The notes under the pieces are model-generated. The model was not told the DNA's origin. It saw only the letters and a program-made list of their open reading frames with translations, and did no database searches. A DNA stretch of 64,000 nucleotides from an uncultured Gammaproteobacteria bacterium (GTDB lineage: Bacteria > Actinomycetota > Acidimicrobiia > Spongiisociales > SHLN01), in the NCBI GenBank assembly GCA_964195905.1, contig CAXMQV010000029.1:5618-69617 (forward strand). The letters run 5' to 3'. The position numbers and the translations under genes were made by a program. Positions 1 to 6,949 of the stretch are shown piece after piece (the stretch's first letter is position 1; every line of letters begins with the position of its first letter).

Positions 1-283
1 CCGGGTCGATCCCGTTGATGGTCTCATGCAGCTTGTTTACCCGATCGGCGGTGGCGTCGGCTTCTTCTCTCGAGCCGAACGCAATGATGAGCTGCAGCTG
101 CACCGTGCGGATGAGCCGCTTCCACGGGTCGCGGGCATAGAAGCTGGTCTGGCGGGCGCCGGCGGACACGAGCGGGTGCGCCGCTTGCATGAGCAGGGCC
201 CGCGCACCACCGAACAAGGAGAACATCTCCTGGTTCACCTGCCAGAACAAGCTATCCGGCCCGAAATACCCCTCGTCGCTCAT
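1..283 (-). CDS. MpaB/DUF2236-type oxygenase family protein (N-terminal part; runs off the window start)
   Basis: Manual translation from ATG at 283 gives MSDEGYFGPDSLFWQVNQEMFSLFGGARALLMQAAHPLVSAGARQTSFYARDPWKRLIRTVQ...; the FGP.S..W..N and G.RALLMQ.AHP.V..G motifs are typical of this family. TATGTT lies 6 nt upstream. Not in the ORF track because there is no stop within the window. Confidence 0.85.
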   Translation of the reverse strand, partial: MSDEGYFGPDSLFWQVNQEMFSLFGGARALLMQAAHPLVSAGARQTSFYARDPWKRLIRTVQLQLIIAFGSREEADATADRVNKLHETINGIDP

Positions 284-362
284 TGCATGAACATAGGCAC
301 TGGTGGGCGCCAACCAAGAAGGCGTTCGGCTGCCAGCTACCAGCCCAATCCCGAGACCTGTC

Positions 363-2897
363 TTATTCGTACGAGATGGCTTCGAGGACGTTTGTCCGTG
401 CGCCCCGGAAGCTCGGCCAGATCGATGCAACCACTCCGCCGATAGCGGCCGCGATCACGTACTGGGTGAGCAGTTGGTACGGGAACCCGAAGGTGAGTCC
501 CTCGCTCTCGAGCGCTTTCACCATCGCCCATCCGAGCGCAATGCCGAGCACCAGGCCGAGCAAGGCTCCGTAGAGGGCGGTGATGACGGCCTCCCAGCGA
601 ATCATGCGCCGGACCTGGCGTCTGGTCATACCGACCGCCCGCAGCAGCCCGAGCTCGCGTTTTCGCTCGAAGATAGAAAGAGCGAGCGTGTTGGCGATCC
701 CGAGCAGGGCAATGATGATGGCGAGTAGCAGCAGTGCGTTGATCACTACGAGCAGGATGTCGATCTGCGACTTCTGGCTCTCGATGAACTCGGCCTGATT
801 GCTCAGTTCGACGTTGGGATAGTCCGTCAGGATGGCTTCAACGGCACCCCGACCGACGTCCGGATCGACACCGTCGGCCAGATTGACGAAGACCATGAAG
901 TCGAGCTTGTTCGAGAAGCGCTCGGCGAAGAACTCGTTGCCAATGAGAAAGGCGGACAAGCCTTCACCGAAGAAGGTGCCATCGACCTCGACCTGCTCGA
1001 CCCCGGTGAGCGGAAACTCCATGGTGATGGTGTCTCCGGCGGTGACGCCGAGGTCGGCCGCAGTGTCAAACTGGAGGAGAACCCCGCCGTCCGCCAGGCC
1101 CGCCACGCTGCCGGTCTGAACATCGGCCACGAACACGGCATCCAGAGTCGCAGGATCAACCGAGATGAGCTGGCGCTCCGAGCCATTTTCGTTCTTCCAG
1201 AATCCAAATCGCATGGGCGAGACCACGGCAACCTCTGGCAATTGGGAGATTCGCTCCGAAGCAGCCGGGCTCACACCCACCTGAGAAGGATCGGCGAACG
1301 CCGACGCCTGGATCTGAAAGTCGACGGTGCCGAAATTCTGGGTGATCTGCTCGGTTATTGACTGCTTGAGCGACGAGGCGAGGATTGCAACCATGCTCAC
1401 AACGGCGACGCCGATCATGAGGGCTGAGGCGGTAGCCGCTGTCCGACGGGGGCGTCGCACGGAGTTCTCGCGGGCGAGTGTCCCCGTCACGCCGAACACC
1501 ATGGGAAGCGGTGCACCGATGATGCGAGCGCTCCTGCGGGCGATGAGCGGCGAGAGCCCGGCCACACCGAAGAACAGGACCACGGCACCCAATCCAACGA
1601 GGGGAAGCGGGTTGTCGGTTGAGGTGAACAGCCCGACGAACAGAATCAACACGCCGAGCGCCGTCAAGGCCGAAGCCGCGATAGCCCGGTTCCGGAGTGA
1701 CTTCGGCCCGCCAACCGTAGCCTCGCTGATCGCCGCAACCGGCGGAATCCGGGACGCCTGGCGGGCGGGGATGACCGCCGAGAAGAGTGTCACCGCCATG
1801 CCGACCGTCATGCCGATGATCACCGTGTTTGGCCGGATGGTGAGCGGTCCCTGCGGGAAGCTCACCCCGGTCGCATCGAAGGCGGCCCTGATGAGGATCG
1901 TGAGGCCGATGCCACCCAAGACCCCGACCGCTGAGGCGATGAACCCGACGACGAGCGCCTCGATAACCACCATTCGGGTGACCTGTCGGGAAGTGGCGCC
2001 GATGGCCCGCAGCAGGGCCATCTCTTTCATGCGCTGGGCAATGATGATCGAGAACGTGTTGTAGATGATGAAGCTGCCGACCAGCACGGCGATGCCGGCG
2101 AAGACGAGCAGGGCGGTGCTGAGGAACCCGATGGCCTCCTGGAAGTCGGCCTGGTCGTCCTCGCTCTGCACCTCGGCGGTAACGGCCTCGAATCCTTCTG
2201 GGAGGACGTCGTTGACGCGGTCCACCAGCGTTTCGAGCGCCACCGAGCCGTCACCGACCGCCGAGACCGAGGCGTATTCGTTTGGCGCGTCGAAGACCCG
2301 GAACGCGGTTGGCTCGTCGAAGATGGCGATCGAGGCGCCGAGGATGTTGTCTTCGTCTCCAAATCCGGCGAGCCCGACGATCTCGAATTCCTCGGTACCG
2401 CTCACCAGGATGACTTTGACGGTCTGGCCGATGGAGAAGCCGGCCGTCGCGGCGGTGCCGGCGTCCACCATGACTTCTCCGGCGTTTTCGGGCGGCCGGC
2501 CCTCCTTGATGGTTACGGGCGTCAAATCCTCAGCTCCGGGGACCCATGAGAACCCGAAGGTTGGCGCCTGTCCTCCGACCGGCTCACCGTCGTTGTCAAT
2601 GAATTGAGCGAAGCCCTGCACGGTGCCGACCGCGTTCCCAATGCCGGGAACTGCCTTGACGTCATCGAGGACGTCGGCCGGGATGGGGACAACCTGGCCG
2701 GTGAACTCGGTCTCGCCTCGGACGTACAAATCCACGGAAGAATTGATCTCGTCGAAGAGGCCGCTGAACGCTCGATCGAGCGTGTCGGTGAAGACGAATG
2801 TGCCCGAGACGAACGCCACCCCGAGCACGATTGCAATGGCCGTCAGGCCGAGCCGCAGCTTGTGGGCGAGAACCCCTTTCCAGGCAAGTTTCAGCAT
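363..2897 (-). CDS. ABC transporter permease, FtsX/MacB-like (duplicated domain, about 844 aa)
   Basis: Start reassigned to MLKLAWKGVLAHKLRL (2897), next to the upstream ATPase stop. Two FtsX-type motifs (SIIIAQRMKEMALLRAIGAT; SIFERKRELGLLRAVGMTRRQVRRMIRWEA). Confidence 0.92.
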   Translation of the reverse strand: MLKLAWKGVLAHKLRLGLTAIAIVLGVAFVSGTFVFTDTLDRAFSGLFDEINSSVDLYVRGETEFTGQVVPIPADVLDDVKAVPGIGNAVGTVQGFAQFIDNDGEPVGGQAPTFGFSWVPGAEDLTPVTIKEGRPPENAGEVMVDAGTAATAGFSIGQTVKVILVSGTEEFEIVGLAGFGDEDNILGASIAIFDEPTAFRVFDAPNEYASVSAVGDGSVALETLVDRVNDVLPEGFEAVTAEVQSEDDQADFQEAIGFLSTALLVFAGIAVLVGSFIIYNTFSIIIAQRMKEMALLRAIGATSRQVTRMVVIEALVVGFIASAVGVLGGIGLTILIRAAFDATGVSFPQGPLTIRPNTVIIGMTVGMAVTLFSAVIPARQASRIPPVAAISEATVGGPKSLRNRAIAASALTALGVLILFVGLFTSTDNPLPLVGLGAVVLFFGVAGLSPLIARRSARIIGAPLPMVFGVTGTLARENSVRRPRRTAATASALMIGVAVVSMVAILASSLKQSITEQITQNFGTVDFQIQASAFADPSQVGVSPAASERISQLPEVAVVSPMRFGFWKNENGSERQLISVDPATLDAVFVADVQTGSVAGLADGGVLLQFDTAADLGVTAGDTITMEFPLTGVEQVEVDGTFFGEGLSAFLIGNEFFAERFSNKLDFMVFVNLADGVDPDVGRGAVEAILTDYPNVELSNQAEFIESQKSQIDILLVVINALLLLAIIIALLGIANTLALSIFERKRELGLLRAVGMTRRQVRRMIRWEAVITALYGALLGLVLGIALGWAMVKALESEGLTFGFPYQLLTQYVIAAAIGGVVASIWPSFRGARTNVLEAISYE

Positions 2898-2899
2898 GG

Positions 2900-3655
2900 C
2901 TAGCCCCCGAGCTCCTTCATCTTGTCGAGCACCGTCTCCTGGGTGGGGTCGTGAAGCTCCCCGACGACCTTGCCGTCGGCCAGGAAGACGATCCGATCGG
3001 CGTAGCTGGCGGCCGCCGGGTCGTGGGTGACCATGACAATGGTTTGGCCGAGGTCCTTGACCGCCTGCTCCATGAACCCGAGCAACTCGCCGGCCGATGT
3101 GGAGTCGAGGTTGCCGGATGGCTCGTCGGCGAAGATGATCTCGGGTCGGGAGACGAGCGCCCTGGCCGCCGCCACTCGCTGCTGTTGTCCACCAGACAGC
3201 TCGGTGGGCCGGTGGGAGAGCCGGTCGGCGAGCCCAACGGTCTCGACCACCTGCTGGTACCACGCTTCATCCGGGTCATCGCCGGCGATGTCGAGCGGCA
3301 AGGTGATGTTCTCAGCCGCGCTGAGGGTTGGGATCAGGTTGAAGGCCTGGAAGATGAACCCGACCTTCTCCCGTCGGAGAAGGGTGAGCTGGCGATCGTT
3401 GAGCGATCCGAGCTCGATATCACCGATGTATACCGAGCCGCGGGTGAGCTCATCGAGGCCGGCCACGCAATGGAGCAGGGTCGACTTGCCGGAACCCGAC
3501 GGGCCCATGATGGCGGTGAAACGACCGCGTTCGAATTCGACACTCAAACCGGCGAGGGCGTGGACTGCCGCATCACCGGTGCCGTAAGTCTTCTCGGCAT
3601 TCTCAACCCGGGCGGCCACGCGAGTAGCCGAGGCGAATTCAGTTGATGCGGTCAT
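2900..3655 (-). CDS. ABC transporter ATP-binding protein (LolD/MacB-like)
   Basis: Walker A GPSGSGKST, signature LSGGQQQRV, Walker B IIFADEP. Confidence 0.95.
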   Translation of the reverse strand: MTASTEFASATRVAARVENAEKTYGTGDAAVHALAGLSVEFERGRFTAIMGPSGSGKSTLLHCVAGLDELTRGSVYIGDIELGSLNDRQLTLLRREKVGFIFQAFNLIPTLSAAENITLPLDIAGDDPDEAWYQQVVETVGLADRLSHRPTELSGGQQQRVAAARALVSRPEIIFADEPSGNLDSTSAGELLGFMEQAVKDLGQTIVMVTHDPAAASYADRIVFLADGKVVGELHDPTQETVLDKMKELGG

Positions 3656-3780
3656 AGGAAGTTCCCTCCATCAAGGCGCTATTAGTTTCCCCCGGTCATC
3701 CCAAACGCTACCGCGAGCCGATCGACGAGTAGTCCTGAACCCTTCTCAAGAAACCGCCGCCTCCGGCCGATGAGAATCCG

Positions 3781-4443
3781 GTGAGCAACCCATTCGATTT
3801 TGACCATCCGGCGCCCTCCATTGAGGGTATCCGGGCCCGTATGGCGGCCACTCCCGACCTGGACGATCGTGGAGCACGCAGACCCTCGGCCATTTCCGTT
3901 CTCTTGAACCTTCTCGAGCAGCGGGACCGTCGTTCCGCCGAGCATGCCTTCCGGGTCGCCGAACTGGCTTCGATGCTGGGTATCCGCCTCGGGTTGGCTC
4001 CCGTGCAGGTAGCTCGGTTGCGGCTGGCCGCTTTGCTCCATGACGTTGGCAAGCTCAGCGTTCCAGACGAGGTTCTCGATAAGCCGGGTCCCCTCACCGA
4101 TGACGAGTGGCAGCGGGTTCGCAATCACCCCGAGTATGCGTTTCAGATGATCGCATCCTCCGTTCACCCCGAGGTTGCCGAGACCGTTCTCAAGCATTGC
4201 GAGAGAATCGATGGCAAGGGCTATCCGCACGGAGATAGTGGTGAGGAGATCCCCATTGCGTCGAGAATCCTCCTCGTCTCCGATGCCTACGACGCCATGC
4301 TCAGCCCCCGTCCCTATCGCTTGCCCCTCACGGCTGAAGAAGCGCTCATCAACATCCAGGCGGGCTCCGGCACCCAGTTCGACCCCGAGGTCGTTGCCGC
4401 CCTCACCGGCACCGCCGACGAAGAGGGCTGGGCGGCGGCCTAG
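3781..4443 (+). CDS. Stand-alone HD-GYP domain protein (putative c-di-GMP phosphodiesterase)
   Basis: LLHDVGK, H(C)ERIDGKGYP, DAYDAM..PRPYR. Confidence 0.88.
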   Translation: MSNPFDFDHPAPSIEGIRARMAATPDLDDRGARRPSAISVLLNLLEQRDRRSAEHAFRVAELASMLGIRLGLAPVQVARLRLAALLHDVGKLSVPDEVLDKPGPLTDDEWQRVRNHPEYAFQMIASSVHPEVAETVLKHCERIDGKGYPHGDSGEEIPIASRILLVSDAYDAMLSPRPYRLPLTAEEALINIQAGSGTQFDPEVVAALTGTADEEGWAAA

Positions 4444-4447
4444 CGGC

Positions 4448-4526
4448 CAGTTCACAGTTCACGGTCAGAGATAGCCGTTGACCGTTGACCGTTGGCTGTC
4501 AACTGTGAACTGTCAACTGTCTACTG
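4448..4526. repeat. Intergenic 7-bp tandem arrays (CAGTTCA x2; CCGTTGA/CTGTCAA-type x7)
   Basis: cagttca cagttca cggtca ... ccgttga ccgttga ccgttgg ctgtcaa ctgtgaa ctgtcaa ctgtcta. Confidence 0.9.
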
Positions 4527-4533
4527 TTTGGTC

Positions 4534-4932
4534 ATGACTGACAGTTCTCCTGAACGGGAAGCGGCTCGCAGGCCCGGGAACGTGCGGTTCCTGTCGCTCG
4601 GGCTCGGCCTGCTCTGGATCTTCCTCGCATTCAATAATTCGGCCCAGACCTACCACTTCGGGCCGCTCCTCGTTGCCGCCGCCGTCGCCATGAGCCACCG
4701 CAGCACCGGTTCCGGGCCGCTCTCAAACCCGGCTGCGCTCGGTGCGGCTGTTTCGGGGCTCACTAACGCGCTCATCGCTACCGGAATCCTGGCGTTCAAC
4801 GATCGCCTCGAAGGGTCCTCACTGCTCCCGTTCGGCGACGCCACCGTTGAGACGCTTCTGTTCGCATTTGCCGGCGCCGGGCTCGGGTTCTTGATCGGCA
4901 TATGGGGCCGCTGGAAGCCGGCTAAGGAGTAG
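4534..4932 (+). CDS. Hypothetical membrane protein (about 4 TM segments)
   Basis: Hydrophobic ORF. Start moved from 4492 (which translates the repeat) to ATG 4534, 6 nt after TACTGT. Ends 3 nt before SRAP. Confidence 0.7.
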   Translation: MTDSSPEREAARRPGNVRFLSLGLGLLWIFLAFNNSAQTYHFGPLLVAAAVAMSHRSTGSGPLSNPAALGAAVSGLTNALIATGILAFNDRLEGSSLLPFGDATVETLLFAFAGAGLGFLIGIWGRWKPAKE

Positions 4933-4935
4933 GAC

Positions 4936-5607
4936 ATGTGCGGACGATTCGTCCAGAGCGCTTCGGCCGACGATTACGCCCGCTACTTCGGGGCCGACAT
5001 CGTCAAGGCCGAGAGCCTTGCGGGCAATTACAACGTGGCGCCCACCGACCAGGTCTTTGCGGTGGCCGAACACGATGGCGACCGCATCCTCGGCAGCTTC
5101 GGCTGGGGGTTAGTCCCGCATTGGTCGAACGATCGCAGCCGGGCGGCCCGCTTCATCAACGCCCGGGCCGAAACGATCACCGAAAAGCCTGCCTTCCGTG
5201 ACTCCTTCAAGACGAAACGGTGCCTCATTCCCGCCGACGGCTTCTACGAGTGGACCCGGCGCGGCGATCTCAAGATTCCCCACTTCATCTTCATTGGAAC
5301 CCATGCTCCGATGGCCTTGGCCGGCGTCTGGGCTTCGTGGAAAGACCCGGCAAGTGATGAGTGGGTCAGGACCTGTTCGATTGTCACGACCCGCCCAAAT
5401 CAGTTCATGCGCCCAATCCATGACCGGATGCCTGCCCTGCTTTCCGAGCCGGTCTGGGACACCTGGCTCGACCGCGACAATCGCGACACCGAGCAACTGC
5501 GTTCGCTCCTGGTCCCGCCTCCCGAACCATTGCTCGAAACCTACGAAGTATCCACGGAAGTAAACAGCGTGAGGAACAACCGTCCCGAGCTGCTCCTCCC
5601 GGTTTAG
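4936..5607 (+). CDS. SOS response-associated peptidase (SRAP/YedK/HMCES family abasic-site protein)
   Basis: N-terminal MCGRF (catalytic Cys2), YNVAPT, FINARAET, GFYEW, HDRMP. Confidence 0.95.
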   Translation: MCGRFVQSASADDYARYFGADIVKAESLAGNYNVAPTDQVFAVAEHDGDRILGSFGWGLVPHWSNDRSRAARFINARAETITEKPAFRDSFKTKRCLIPADGFYEWTRRGDLKIPHFIFIGTHAPMALAGVWASWKDPASDEWVRTCSIVTTRPNQFMRPIHDRMPALLSEPVWDTWLDRDNRDTEQLRSLLVPPPEPLLETYEVSTEVNSVRNNRPELLLPV

Positions 5608-5609
5608 GA

Positions 5610-5637
5610 AGTTGACAGTTGACAGTTCACTGTTGAC
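5610..5637. repeat. 7-bp tandem array (AGTTGAC-type x4)
   Basis: agttgac agttgac agttcac tgttgac directly after the SRAP stop. Confidence 0.85.
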
Positions 5638-5663
5638 TAGAAAAGGCGAGACCGCCGGCGTAC

Positions 5664-5779
5664 TCCGAGGGGGAAGAAGCACCGGCGGCCCCGCACCGCC
5701 GCGGTTGGGCGGCGGCTGCGCTGCAGTGGTTACTGCGCTTCCTACAGCAAAACACCGGTGCTCTCCGAGCACCCCCGGA
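5664..5779. other. Multi-stem palindromic intergenic element (candidate structured RNA or REP-like unit)
   Basis: Stems agcaccgg(5678-85)/ccggtgct(5755-62), ccgccgc/gcggcgg (5696-5715), gcagt/actgc (5723-36), and an alternative ggtgctc/gagcacc (5757-73). Confidence 0.5.
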
Positions 5780-5872
5780 ACCGGTGATGGTTTGTGGTCC
5801 ACCCAGCGGGGCTAGTCCCGCGAATGAGTCCCTGCAGTCGGGGCCGCCGGCGCTCCCTACGATTGGCTGCTC

Positions 5873-6808
5873 ATGTTTCTCGCCTTTGCTTTGACTCTTG
5901 GCGGACTGGCTGTCCTCCCCCTGGCGGCAGACCGCTTCGTGGTGGCCGCCACCCGAATCAGTCGCAGTCTCGGCTTGTCCCCCATCCTGGTGGGTGCACT
6001 ACTTGTCGGTTTCGGAACCTCACTTCCCGAGATCGTGGTTTCCGGGTGGGCCGCGGCCAAAGGCGAAACGAGCTTCGCGGTCGCCAACGTGGTCGGCTCG
6101 AACGTTGCCAATCTGGCCCTCGTTCTCGGCGTCGCAGCTGTGATTCGACCGATAGTCGCCAGCCGGGGACTCATTCGGAAGGAAGGATCACTGGTTCTCA
6201 TTGTCACCCTCCTCTACGTCGTCCTTCACATCGATGGGGATATACAGAGGTGGGAAGGTGTGATTCTGCTGGTGGTGCTGGCCCTGGCGCTTGGCCTGCT
6301 CATCCGCTGGTCCGAATCGGGTTTGATAGAAGCCGAGGACGATGTTGGGCGGTTCGTTGCGGTTCGTCGCGAGCTCGCGATGGGTCTCATAACCATGACG
6401 ATCACGGTGGTGGCGGCCACCGTGCTCGTTGAGGGGGCGGAGCGTCTGGCCGTTGAGTTCGACATCCAGTCGGCCTTCATTGCCGCCACTCTCGTGGCGG
6501 TCGGCACCAGCCTGCCCGAGCTTGCCACCGCCGTTGCCGCCGTCCGCCGGCGTGAGGCAGATCTGGTGCTCGGAAACGTGCTCGGGTCGAACCTGTTCAA
6601 CGCGCTGGCAGTCGGTGGCATCGCCGGATTGGTCGGCCCCGGCGTTATCGACCCCGGATTCCGGGTCCTTCTTGTGGTCCTGCTCGGGATCACCGCCTTC
6701 ACGGGACTGCTAGGAGCAACGGGCAGCCGTTTGGTCCGATGGGAGGGATTCACTCTGCTGGGTGTCTTCTGCTTGTTCGTCTGGCTGGCCGGCTCGAACC
6801 TGGCGTAA
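5873..6808 (+). CDS. Calcium/sodium antiporter (CaCA superfamily, YrbG-like)
   Basis: Two alpha repeats: GFGTSLPE...VVGSNVAN and AVGTSLPE...VLGSNLFN. Confidence 0.93.
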   Translation: MFLAFALTLGGLAVLPLAADRFVVAATRISRSLGLSPILVGALLVGFGTSLPEIVVSGWAAAKGETSFAVANVVGSNVANLALVLGVAAVIRPIVASRGLIRKEGSLVLIVTLLYVVLHIDGDIQRWEGVILLVVLALALGLLIRWSESGLIEAEDDVGRFVAVRRELAMGLITMTITVVAATVLVEGAERLAVEFDIQSAFIAATLVAVGTSLPELATAVAAVRRREADLVLGNVLGSNLFNALAVGGIAGLVGPGVIDPGFRVLLVVLLGITAFTGLLGATGSRLVRWEGFTLLGVFCLFVWLAGSNLA

Positions 6809-6809
6809 A

Positions 6810-6938
6810 CAGCTACCAGCTACCAGCTGCCAGCTATCTGTCCTCGCGATTCCGCCCCCGGATGAGCGACGATGTGGTCCCCTCTGTGTGGCGTCAGTAC
6901 AGAGGGGAGGAGAACTGGTAGCTGGGAGCTGGTAGCTA
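6810..6938. repeat. Inverted pair of 7-bp arrays (CAGCTAC x4 ... CTGGTAG x3) enclosing a perfect 10-bp hairpin
   Basis: Arrays at 6810-6837 and 6915-6938 are reverse complements of each other; internal stem tcccctctgt(6878-87)/acagagggga(6899-6908). Confidence 0.85.
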
Positions 6939-6949
6939 TTGTGCCCGCC

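Noticed and set aside
2898-3263. N-terminal 122-aa extension of the FtsX permease in the ORF track
   Set aside because: It overlaps the ATPase gene in another frame and is Arg/Pro/Gly-rich; the real start is MLKLAW at 2897.
4496-4527. PafBC/RecA-NDp damage-inducible promoter (TGTCGG-N10-TANNNT) for the SRAP operon
   Set aside because: The TGTCAA/TGTGAA hexamers belong to the repeat and are 5 or 12 nt from TACTGT, not 10.
5641-5790. yybP-ykoY (Mn2+) riboswitch upstream of the CaCA antiporter
   Set aside because: GGGGGAAGAAGC and GGCGAGACC resemble its conserved segments but are in the wrong order, and the first does not match GGGGAGUAGC; kept only as an unassigned structure.
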